From contig OZ242041.1 in the NCBI GenBank assembly GCA_965205215.1, positions 1-64,000 of the forward strand: a stretch of 64,000 nucleotides of DNA, written 5' to 3'. Every line of letters starts with the position of its first letter. The first letter of the stretch is position 1. This document shows, one piece after another, positions 46,153-58,100 of this stretch. The notes under the pieces are model-generated. The model was not told the origin of the DNA. It searched no databases and saw nothing but the letters and a program-made list of their open reading frames with translations. This DNA comes from Nitrosopumilus sp. GTDB lineage: Archaea; Thermoproteota; Nitrososphaeria; Nitrososphaerales; Nitrosopumilaceae. The translations under genes were made by a program, and so were the position numbers.

Positions 46153-49100
46153 CCCTGCCCCGACCCCGCGACCCTGATGGTCGCCTCGACGCTCCAGTCT
46201 CCCGGACCGCCGCCGCCGTCATACCGGGCGCGAACCTTCACCTTGTACTCCTCGTCCTCCTCCAGGCCGGTGATGGTCCAGGAGGGTTCGGTCGGGAAGG
46301 CGTTGCCGGTCAGGTCCGTCCAGGTCAGGTAGGGATCGCCGGCCTTGGCCCAGGACACCCGGTAGTCGCGGGGCGCCTCGGCGGGCGCGTCCCAGCTGGC
46401 CAAGATGGTCCCGGGCTGGGTGCTGCTAAGGGTGATCCCGCCGACATGGCGCGGGTCGCGCGGGGTGGCGGCGGCCTCCGGTGAGGGCTCGCCGCTGCCC
46501 ACGGCGTTGATCGCGATGACCCGCACCGCATAGGGCGTGCCGTCGGCCAGCCCGGTGATGCTGTGGGCGGTTCCGGTGACGGTCGCCTGGCCGATGTCGG
46601 CGGGCGCGTCCCAGCTGCCCGCCCCCTCCTTCCACTGGACCGTATAGCCGGTGATCCGCTCGCCGCCGTCAGAGGGCGGCGGCTGCCAGGAGACGTCCAG
46701 GGTCCCGCTGGCGGCCGGCGAGACGCTCAGGCCGCGCGGGGATCCCGGGACGGAGCTGGGGGGAATGTCGGTGATGGTGATGATAACCGTGGCGGTGGCG
46801 GTGGCGTTGCGGGTGTCGGTGACGCTCAGGGTGAAGGTGACGGGCGTGTCGGCGTCGACGAGCGGGGCGACGAACGAGGGGGCCAGCGTGTCGGAGCCGG
46901 TGATGGGGATGCCGAGGGCCGAGTCGTGGGTCCAAGTATAGGCGAGGGTGTCCCCGGGGTCGGCGTCATAGGCGGTTCCGGCCAGCGCGACGGCATTGCC
47001 CTCGGCGACGGCCCTGTCTGATCCTGCCCCGGCCGTCGGCGGGCTGTTGGCGCCGTCGGCGATGGTGATGATAACCGAGTCGGTGGCGGTGGCGTTGCGG
47101 GGGTCGGTGACGCTCAGGGTGAAGGTGACGGCCGTGTCCGAGTCGACGTTGGGTGCGGTAAACGACGGGGTCAGCGTGTCGGAGCCGGTGATGGGGATGC
47201 CGAGGGCCGAGTCGTGGGACCAGGAGTAGGTCGCCGGCCGGTCGCCGGCGTGGATGGCGATGCCGGAGAGCGTCACCGCGGACCCCTCGGCGACGGTCAG
47301 GTCGGGGCCGGCGTCGGCCGTCGGCGGCAGGCTGACCGCGGGGACGTCTGAGACTGTGACGGTGGCCGTGTCGGTGGAGGCGGCCGTCCCGTCGGTGACC
47401 GTCAGGGTGAACTCGACTGGGACGTCAGAATCGACGGGCGGGGCGGTGAACGAGGGGGTCAGCGTGTCGGAGCCGGCCACCTGGATGGCCAGCGTGCCGT
47501 TGTGGGTCCACGAGTAAACCAGGACGTCCCCCGGGTCGGCGTCGGCGGCGGTCCCGGCCAGCGTGACGGTATCGCCCTCGGCGACGGCCAGGTCGGGGCC
47601 GGCGTCGGCCGTCGGCTGGCGGTTGGCCGGCGGCCCCGGTACGGTGACCTCGAGCGTGCGCGAGTTGCCCGCGCCAAAGTCCCCGGTGGAGGTTATGGTG
47701 ACGGTGTAGGACGACTTGGCGTGGCCGTCCGGGGCGGGCTTGAGCCTGAGTGTGGAGTTCTCGATCTCAAAGGATGACGAGTCAGCGTCCGGGCCCAGTC
47801 CGTACGTCGGGCCCTGCCCGTCGAGGAAGGCGTTCTGGGCCGAGATGTGCCCGACCGTCAGGGCCTCATCGCCGTCCCGGGCGGCCGCGCCGTCCAGCAC
47901 GATGTACCAGCTGCCCAGGTTCTGGTCAAAGGAGGAGGCGCCCGTGAACATGTGGGACATGTCGGCCGCGGCCGAGACGTCCCAGGCGGACAGATCCTGG
48001 TTGAAGGAGGAGGCGCGGCCGAACATGCCAAACAGGTCGGCCGCGGCCGAGACGTCCCATGCGTTGAGCGGCTGGTCGAAGGAGGAGGCGCCGGCGAACA
48101 TGCGCATCATGGTGGTCGCGGCCGAGACGTCCCAGTCGGAGATGTCCCCGTTGAAGGAGGCGGCGCCCCGGAACATGTCCGACATGTCGGCCGCGGCCGA
48201 GACGTCCCAGTCGGAGATGTCCCCGTTGAAGGAGGCGGCGCTGTCGAACATTCCGGCCGTGCTGGCGACGCCGGAGACGTCCCAGGAGGAGATGTCCCCG
48301 TTGAAGGAGGTGGCTCCGGCGAACATGGCGGACATGTCGGTGACCGAGGAGACGTCCCAGGCGTTGAGCGGCTGGTCGAAGGAGTCGGCGTGTAAGAACA
48401 TGCCCGACATGGTGGTCGCGGCCGAGACGTCCCAGGCGTTGAGCGGCTGGTCGAAGGAGTCGGCTATGTCGAACATGTGCGACATGTCGGTGACCGAGGA
48501 GACGTCCCAGGAGGAGATGTCCTGGTCGAAGGAGGAGGCATGGAACATGCGCGACATGTCGGTGACCGAGGAGACGTCCCAGGCGTTGAGCGGCTGGTCG
48601 AAGGAGCGGGCGCTGACGAACATGGCGGACATGTCGGTGACCGAGGAGACGTCCCAGGCGTTGAGCGGCTGGTCGAAGGAGCGGGCGCCGGCGAACATGT
48701 CGGACATGTCGGTGACCGAGGAGACGTCCCAGGCGTTGAGCGGCTGGTCGAAGGAGGAGGCGGAGCGGAACATGGCGGACATGGTGGTCGCGGCCGAGAC
48801 GTCCCAGTCGGAGATGTCCCCGTTGAAGGAGGCGGCGCGGTGGAACATCCGGTCCATGTCGGTAACGCGCGAGAGGTTGGGGACATCGGTTGCACGGTAG
48901 ACCATGTTTGCCGCCCAGGCAAATGCAGAGTCCATTGACTCCCACCGCGCACTGCCCCACTGCTCTATGGATACCAGTTTCTTCGCGTCTGGGTGGCCGT
49001 CGAGCACTATTCTGGTGATACCGTCGGATATGCTCACCGTGTAGGTTCCGGGAACGTCGTAGGAGTGGGTCCGGGTTCCCGAAACGCCGGTGTCAACCTG

Positions 49101-52100
49101 GCCGTCGCCCCAGCTGATTGTGTACTGGCCGCTGGCCGGGATCGTTATCGATTCACCCGGTTGGGTTGTCCTCCAGGTGGTGACAAAGCTGGAGCCGTCC
49201 GGTGCGCCGCGCGCCTGCGCCGGGTCGGTGTTGGCGCTGTCCGATATGGTAACCGTCATGGTGTCAGATGTGGTGGAGGTGCCGTCTGTGACCGTCAGGG
49301 TGAACACGACCGGCGTGTCGGAGACGACGTTGGGGGCCGTGAACGAGGGGGACAGCGTGTCGCCACCATCAAGCGTTATGGCCAGCGTGCCGTTGTGGGT
49401 CCACGCGTATGCCAGGACGTCCTCGGGGTCGGCGTCAGTAGCCGTTCCCGTCAGGGTCACCTCGGATCCTTCCGCGACGGACTGGTCCGACCCGGCGTCT
49501 GCGGCCGGCGGGCTGTTGGCGCTGTCCGATATGGTAACCGTCATGGTGTCAGATGTGGTGGAGGTGCCGTCTGTGACCGTCAGGGTGAACTCGACCGGCG
49601 TGGCGGAGACGACGTTGGGGGCCGTGAACGAGGGGGACAGCGTGTCGCCACCATCAAGCGTTATGGCCAGCGTGCCGTTGTGGGTCCACGCGTATGCCAG
49701 GACGTCCTCGGGGTCGGCGTCAGTAGCCGTTCCCGTCAGGGTCACCTCGGATCCTTCCGCGACGGACTGGTCCGACCCGGCGTCTGCGGCCGGCGGGCTG
49801 TTGGCGCTGTCCGATATGGTAACCGTCATGGTGTCAGATATGGTGGAGGTGCCGTCTGTGACCGTCAGGGTGAACACGACCGGCGTGTCGGAGACGACGT
49901 TGGGGGCCGTGAACGAGGGGGACAGCGTGTCGCCACCATCAAGCGTTATGGCCAGCGTGCCGTTGTGGGTCCACGCGTATGCCAGGACGTCCTCGGGGTC
50001 GGCGTCAGTAGCCGTTCCCGTCAGGGTCACCTCGGATCCTTCCGCGACGGACTGGTCCGACCCGGCGTCTGCGGCCGGCGGGCTGTTGGCGCTGTCCGAT
50101 ATGGTAACCGTCATGGTGTCAGATGTGGTGGAGGTGCCGTCTGTGACCGTCAGGGTGAACTCGACCGGCGTGGCGGAGACGACGTTGGGGGCCGTGAACG
50201 AGGGGGACAGCGTGTCGCCACCATCAAGCGTTATGGCCAGCGTGCCGTTGTGGGTCCACGCGTATGCCAGGACGTCCTCGGGGTCGGCGTCAGTAGCCGT
50301 TCCCGTCAGGGTCACCTCGGATCCTTCCGCGACGGACTGGTCCGACCCGGCGTCTGCGGCCGGCGGGCTGTTGGCGCTGTCCGATATGGTAACCGTCATG
50401 GTGTCAGATGTGGTGGAGGTGCCGTCTGTGACCGTCAGGGTGAACACGACCGGCGTGTCGGAGACGACGTTGGGGGCCGTGAACGAGGGGGACAGCGTGT
50501 CGCCACCATCAAGCGTTATGGCCAGCGTGCCGTTGTGGGTCCACGCGTATGCCAGGACGTCCTCGGGGTCGGCGTCAGTAGCCGTTCCCGTCAGGGTCAC
50601 CTCGGATCCTTCCGCGACGGACTGGTCCGACCCGGCGTCTGCGGCCGGCGGGCTGTTGGCGCTGTCCGATATGGTAACCGTCATGGTGTCAGATGTGGTG
50701 GAGGTGCCGTCTGTGACCGTCAGGGTGAACTCGACCGGCGTGGCGGAGACGACGTTGGGGGCCGTGAACGAGGGGGTCGGCGTGTCGCCGCCATCAAGCG
50801 TTATGGTCGAGGATCCGTTGTGGGTCCACGCGTATGCCAGGACGTCCTCGGGGTCGGCGTCAGTAGCCGTTCCCGTCAGGGTCACCTCGGATCCTTCCGC
50901 GACGGACTGGTCCGACCCGGCGTCTGCGGCCGGCGGGCTGTTGGCGCTGTCCGATATGGTAACCGTCATGGTGTCAGATGTGGTGGAGGTGCCGTCTGTG
51001 ACCGTCAGGGTGAACTCGACCGGCGTGTCGGAGACGACGTTGGGTGCCGTGAACGAGGGGGTCGGCGTGTCGCCGCCATCAAGCGTTATGGTCGAGGATC
51101 CGTTGTGGGTCCACGAGTATGCCAGGGTGTCCTCGGGGTCGGCGTCAGTAGCCGTTCCGGCCAACGTGACTGTATCGCCCTCGGCCACTGACTGGTCCGG
51201 CCCTGCCTCGACTGCCGGCGGGCTGTTGGCGCTGTCCGATATGGTAACCGTCATGGTGTCAGATATGGTGGAGGTGCCGTCTGTGACCGTCAGGGTGAAC
51301 TCGACCGGCGTGTCGGAGACGACGTTGGGTGCCGTGAACGAGGGGGACAGAGCGGCCGCGTCGTCCAGTGTGATGGCCAGCGTGCCGTTGTGGGTCCACG
51401 CGTAGTCCAGGGTGTCCTCGGGGTCGGCGTCAGTAGCCGTTCCCGTCAGGGTCACCTCGGATCCTTCCGCGACGGACTGGTCGGCGCCCGCGTCGACTGC
51501 CGGCGGGCTGTTGGCGCTGTCCGATATGGTAACCGTCATGGTGTCAGATGTGGTGGAGGTGCCGTCTGTGACCGTCAGGGTGAACTCGACTGGGACGTCA
51601 GAGACGACGTTGGGTGCCGTGAACGAGGGGGACAGAGCGGCCGCGTCGTCCAGTGTGATGGCCAGCGTGCCGTTGTGGGTCCACGCGTAGTCCAGGGTGT
51701 CCTCGGGGTCGGCGTCAGTAGCCGTTCCCGTCAGGGTCACCTCGGATCCTTCCGCGACGGACTGGTCGGCGCCCGCGTCGACTGCCGGCGGGCTGTTGGC
51801 GCTGTCCGATATGGTAACCGTCATGGTGTCAGATGTGGTGGAGGTGCCGTCTGTGACCGTCAGGGTGAACTCGACTGGGACGTCAGAGACGACGTTGGGT
51901 GCCGTGAACGAGGGGGACAGAGCGGCCGCGTCGTCCAGTGTGATGGCCAGCGTGCCGTTGTGGGTCCACGCGTAGTCCAGGGTGTCCTCGGGGTCGGCGT
52001 CAGTAGCCGTTCCCGTCAGGGTCACCTCGGATCCTTCCGCGACGGACTGGTCGGCGCCCGCGTCGACTGCCGGCGGGCTGTTGGCGCTGTCCGATATGGT

Positions 52101-55100
52101 AACCGTCATGGTGTCAGATGTGGTGGAGGTGCCGTCTGTGACCGTCAGGGTGAACTCGACTGGGACGTCAGAGACGACGTTGGGTGCCGTGAACGAGGGG
52201 GACAGAGCGGCCGCGTCGTCCAGTGTGATGGCCAGCGTGCCGTTGTGGGTCCACGTGTATGCCAGGGTGTCCTCGGGGTCGGCGTCAGTAGCCGTTCCGG
52301 CCAGCGTGACTGTATCGCCCTCGGCCACTGACTGGTCCGGCCCTGCCTCGACTGCCGGCGGGCTGTTGGCGCTGTCCTCGATGGTAACTGTCATGGTGTC
52401 AGATGTGGTGGAGGTGCCGTCTGTGACCGTCAGGGTGAACTCTACCGGCGTGGCGGAGACGACGTTGGGTGCCGTGAACGAGGGGGACAGCGTGTCGCCG
52501 CCATCAAGCGTTATGGTCGAGGATCCGTTGTGGGTCCACGCGTAGTCCAGGGTGTCCTCGGGGTCGGCGTCAGTAGCCGTTCCCGTCAGGGTCACCTCGG
52601 ATCCTTCCGCGACGGACTGGTCCGACCCGGCGTCTGCGGCCGGCGGGCTGTTGGCGCTGTCCGATATGGTAACCGTCATGGTGTCAGATGTGGTGGAGGT
52701 GCCGTCTGTGACCGTCAGGGTGAACTCTACCGGCGTGGCGGAGACGACGTTGGGTGCCGTGAACGAGGTGGACAGTGCAGCCGCGTCGTCCAGTGTGATG
52801 GCCAGCGTGCCGTTGTGGGTCCACGTGTATACCAGGGTGTCCTCGGGGTCGGCGTCACTCGAGGTTCCCGTCAGGGTCACCTCGGATCCTTCCGCTACGG
52901 ACTGGTCGGCGCCCGCGTCGACTGCCGGCGGGCTGTTGGCGCTGTCCGATATGGTAACCGTCATGGTGTCAGATGTGGTGGAGGTGCCGTCTGTGACCGT
53001 CAGGGTGAACTCTACCGGCGTGGCGGAGACGACGTTGGGTGCCGTGAACGAGGGGGACAGAGCGGCCGCGTCGTCCAGTGTGATGGCCAGCGTGCCGTTG
53101 TGGGTCCACGTGTATGCCAGGGTGTCCTCGGGGTCGGCGTCAGTAGCCGTTCCGGCCAGCGTGACTGTATCGCCCTCGGCCACTGACTGGTCCGGCCCTG
53201 CCTCGACTGCCGGCGGGCTGTTGGCGCTGTCCTCGATGGTAACTGTCATGGTGTCAGATGTGGTGGAGGTGCCGTCTGTGACCGTCAGGGTGAACTCTAC
53301 CGGCGTGGCGGAGACGACGTTGGGTGCCGTGAACGAGGTGGACAGTGCAGCCGCGTCGTCCAGTGTGATGGCCAGCGTGCCGTTGTGGGTCCACGTGTAT
53401 ACCAGGGTGTCCTCGGGGTCGGCGTCAGTAGCCGTTCCGGCCAGCGTGACTGTATCGCCCTCGGCCACTGACTGGTCCGACCCGGCGTCTGCGGCCGGCG
53501 GGCTGTTGGCGCTGTCCGATATGGTAACCGTCATGGTGTCAGATGTGGTGGAGGTGCCGTCTGTGACCGTCAGGGTGAACTCGACCGGCGTGGCGGAGAC
53601 GACGTTGGGTGCCGTGAACGAGGTGGACAGAGCGGCCGCGTCGTCCAGTGTGATGGCCAGCGTGCCGTTGTGGGTCCACGTGTATACCAGGGTGTCCTCG
53701 GGGTCGGCGTCAGTAGCCGTTCCCGTCAGGGTCACCTCGGATCCTTCCGCGACGGACTGATCCGACCCGGCGTCTGCGGCCGGCGGGCTGTTGGCGCTGT
53801 CCGATATGGTAACCGTCATGGTGTCAGATGTGGTGGAGGTGCCGTCTGTGACCGTCAGGGTGAACTCGACCGGCGTGGCGGAGACGACGTTGGGTGCCGT
53901 GAACGAGGGGGACAGCGTGTCGCCGCCATCAAGCGTTATGGTCGAGGATCCGTTGTGGGTCCACGAGTATGCCAGGGTGTCCTCGGGGTCGGCGTCAGTG
54001 GCGGTTCCGGCCAGCGTGACTGTATCGCCCTCGGCCACTGACTGGTCCGACCCGGCGTCTGCGGCCGGCGGGCTGTTGGCGCTGTCCGATATGGTAACCG
54101 TCATGGTGTCAGATGTGGTGGAGGTGCCGTCTGTGACCGTCAGGGTGAACTCGACTGGGACATCAGAGACGACGTTGGGTGCCGTGAACGAGGGGGACAG
54201 CGTGTCGCCGCCATCAAGCGTTATGGTCGAGGATCCGTTGTGGGTCCACGCGTAGTCCAGGGTGTCCTCGGGGTCGGCGTCAGTAGCCGTTCCCGTCAGG
54301 GTCACCTCGGATCCTTCCGCGACGGACTGGTCCGACCCGGCGTCTGCGGCCGGCGGGCTGTTGGCGCTGTCCGATATGGTAACCGTCATGGTGTCAGATG
54401 TGGTGGAGGTGCCGTCTGTGACCGTCAGGGTGAACTCGACCGGCGTGGCGGAGACGACGTTGGGTGCCGTGAACGAGGTGGACAGTGCAGCCGCGTCGTC
54501 CAGTGTGATGGCCAGCGTGCCGTTGTGGGTCCACGCGTATGCCAGGACGTCCTCGGGGTCGGCGTCACTCGAGGTTCCCGTCAGGGTCACCTCGGATCCT
54601 TCCGCTACGGACTGGTCGGCGCCCGCGTCGACTGCCGGCGGGCTGTTGGCGCTGTCCGATATGGTAACCGTCATGGTGTCAGATGTGGTGGAGGTGCCGT
54701 CTGTGACCGTCAGGGTGAACTCTACCGGCGTGGCGGAGACGACGTTGGGTGCCGTGAACGAGGTGGACAGTGCAGCCGCGTCGTCCAGTGTGATGGCCAG
54801 CGTGCCGTTGTGGGTCCACGTGTATGCCAGGGTGTCCTCGGGGTCGGCGTCACTCGAGGTTCCCGTCAGGGTCACCTCGGATCCTTCCGCGACGGACTGG
54901 TCCGACCCGGCGTCTGCGGCCGGCGGGCTGTTGGCGCTGTCCGATATGGTAACCGTCATGGTGTCAGATGTGGTGGAGAGCCCGTCTGTGACCGTCAGGG
55001 TGAACTCGACTGGGACGTCAGAATCGACGTTGGGTGCCGTGAACGAGGGGGTCGGCGTGTCGCCTCCATCAAGCGTTATGGCCAGCGTGCCGTTGCGGGT

Positions 55101-58100
55101 CCACGCGTATGCCAGGACGTCCTCGGGGTCGGCGTCAGTAGCCGTTCCGGCCAGCGCGACGGTCTCGCCCTCTGTCACGGACTGGTCCGGCCCTGCCTCG
55201 ACGGCCGGCGGATTATTCGGCAGGATGCCGGCGGTGGCCACTGTGACAGTCCCGGTGGCGGGGTCGGCGCCAAAGTCCGCCCCGTCGGCCCTGATCCTCA
55301 CCTGGTGCTCGCCCGCCTCCAGTCCGAGGCCCGGCCTGAGCCGCAGGACGCCGTCGGCGTCCACCTCGAACTTGTCGGAGTTGGGGCCGGCAGGATCCAC
55401 CGTGTAGGCCGGGTTGTGGCCGGCCAGGTACCCGTTCTGGGGCAGGATGGTGCCCGCGGCCCCGTCGCTGGCGGCGATGGTATGGCCGTCCAGGGTGACA
55501 TACCAGGGGCCCAGGTCCTGGTCGAAGAGGGTGGCGCCATCGAACATCGAGCTCATGTCGGCGGCGGCCGAGACGTTCCAGGGCGAGATATCCTGGTCAA
55601 AGGAGGAGGCGCCCGAGAACATGTAGGACGTGTCGGTGACTGCCGAGACGTCCCATCCCGATACGTCCCGGTCAAAGGAGGAGGCGCCATCGAACATGCC
55701 GGACATGGAGGTGACTGCCGAGACGTCCCATCCCGATACGTCGCCGTCAAAGGAGGAGGCGCCGTAGAACATGATGTTCATGTTGGTGACTGCCGAGACG
55801 TCCCATCCCGATACGTTGCCGTCAAAGGAGGAGGCGCCCGAGAACATGGCGTTCATGTTGGTGACTGCCGAGACGTCCCATCCCGATACGTCCCGGTCAA
55901 AGGAGGAGGCGCCCGAGAACATGGCCGGCATGGAGGTGACTGCCGAGACGTCCCATCCCGATACGTTGCCGTCAAAGGAGGAGGCGCCCGAGAACATGCC
56001 GGACATGTCGGTGACTGCCGAGACGTCCCATCCCGATACGTCGCCGTCAAAGGAGGAGGCGCCGTAGAACATGTAGGACATGTCTGCGATGCCCGAGACG
56101 TCCCATCCCGATACGTCGCCGTCAAAGGAGGAGGCGCCCGAGAACATCGAGGCCGTGCTGCCCGCCCCGGACAGGTCGGGGGCGTCCGCGGCCCTGTAGG
56201 CCATGTTGGACGCGCCCATAAAGGCCCTGTCCATGGTGGTCCAGGGGATGTCGCCCCACTGGTCTATCGAGGCCAGCCTGGCGGCGTTGGCAGGGTCGCC
56301 GGCCAGGGAGATCCTCTCAAAGCCGCCGGTGATCGAGATGGTGTGGTTGCCGGGCTGCCCGTAGGCGTGCGTCCGGTCGCCGGAGACGCCGGTCTGGACG
56401 GTGCCGTCGCCCCAGTCGATGTCATAGGCGGCCGTCGAGCCCCCGACGGGGATGCTCACCTGCTCGCCGGGGGCGGTGGTCCTCCAGGTGGTGACAAAGC
56501 TGTGGCCGTCCAGCACGTCGCGCGCGGCCGGCGGGACGTCGGCGATGGTGATTGTGACGGTGTCAGATATGGTGGAGGTGCCGTCGGTGACCGTCAGGGT
56601 GAACTCGATGGTAACGTCTGCGTCGACCTCCGGGGCGACAAACGACGGCGACAGCGTGCCGGCTCCGCTCATCTGGATGGCGGCGGTGCCGTTGTGGGTC
56701 CACGTGTAGTCCAGGACGTCCCCCGGGTCGGCGTCAGAAGCGGTCCCGGCCAGCGTGACGGTATCGCCCTCGGCCACGGACTGGTCCGGCCCTGCGTCTG
56801 CGGCCGGCGGGCGGTTGGCCGGGGCGGACCCCGTGACGGTGACGGTCGCGTCCCCGCTCCAGTCGCCGGAGGGGGCGCCGTCGTAGCGGGCCAGCAGCCT
56901 CACCTTGTAGGGCTGGTCCTCCTCCAGGCCTGTGATGGTGTGGCGCGGCTCGGCCGGGAAGGCGTTGCCCGACAGGTCCTCAAAGCCCTTGTAGGGCTCG
57001 CCCGCCCTGGCCCAGGATATCCTGTAGTCGGCGGGGCCCTCGGAGGGGGGCTCCCAGGAGGCCTCCAGCACGCCGGGGACCGAGCTGACCAGGGTAATCC
57101 TGCCTATGTCGCGGGGCCCGGGCGGCCCGGACGGCTCCAGCACGGCGGTGTTTACGGGCGGGTCGTTGGCCGGATCGTTCAGGATCGTGACGACCGCGGC
57201 GTCCGAGGCGGCGCCGCCGTAGCTGTCGGTGACGCTCAGGGTAAATGTGACGGTGGCGTTGCCGGCGTAGAGCCGGGGGGCGGCAAACGAGGCCGACGGG
57301 GCCGCCGGGTCGTCCAGGGTGATGCCCAGGTCCGGCCTGTCGTGCGTCCACGAGTAGGCCAGGGCGTACTCGGAGCCGGAGGCCGAGCCCTCCAGGGTCA
57401 CCTCGGAGCCCTCCACGACTGCCAGGTCGGCCCCGGCGTCGGCGGCCAGGCCGGCGTTGGCGCCGTCCGGGATGGTGATTGTGACGGTGTCAGATGCGGT
57501 GTCCGTCCCGTCGGTGACCGTCAGGGTGAACTCGACGGCGGTGGCCCCCAGGACGTCGGGCGCGGCAAACGAGGGGGACGGGGCCGACGGGTCGTCCAGC
57601 GTGATGCCCAGGTCCGGCCTGTCGTGGGTCCACGAATATGCCAGGACGTCCCCCGGGTCGGCGTCAGTGGCGGTCCCGGCCAGCGTGACGGTATCGCCCT
57701 CGGCCACGGTCCGGTCGGCGCCCGCGTCGACTGCCGGCGGGCTGTTGGCCGATCCCGTGACGGTGATGATCGCGTCCCCGCTCCAGGCGCCGGAGGTGCC
57801 GCTGTAGGTGGCGCGCACCTGCACCTTGTAGGGCTGGCCCGCCTCCAGACCGGTGATGGTATGGTCCGGCTCGGTCGGGTAGGCGTTGCCGTCCGGATCC
57901 CTGAAGGACGGGTAGGACTCGCCCACCTTGGCCCAGGTGACCCGGTAGCCGGCGGGGCCCTCGGTGGGAGGCTCCCAGGAGGCCTCCAGCACTCCGGGGA
58001 CCGAGCTGACCAGGGTGATCCTGCCGATGTCGCGGGAATCGCGCGGGCTGGGCGGCTCCAGCACGGCGGTGTTTACGGGCGGGTCGTTGGCAGGATCGTT

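Noticed and set aside
49231-55215. Regular repeats as a CRISPR array
   Set aside because: Units are 285-bp in-frame coding repeats without unique spacers; no cas genes in the window
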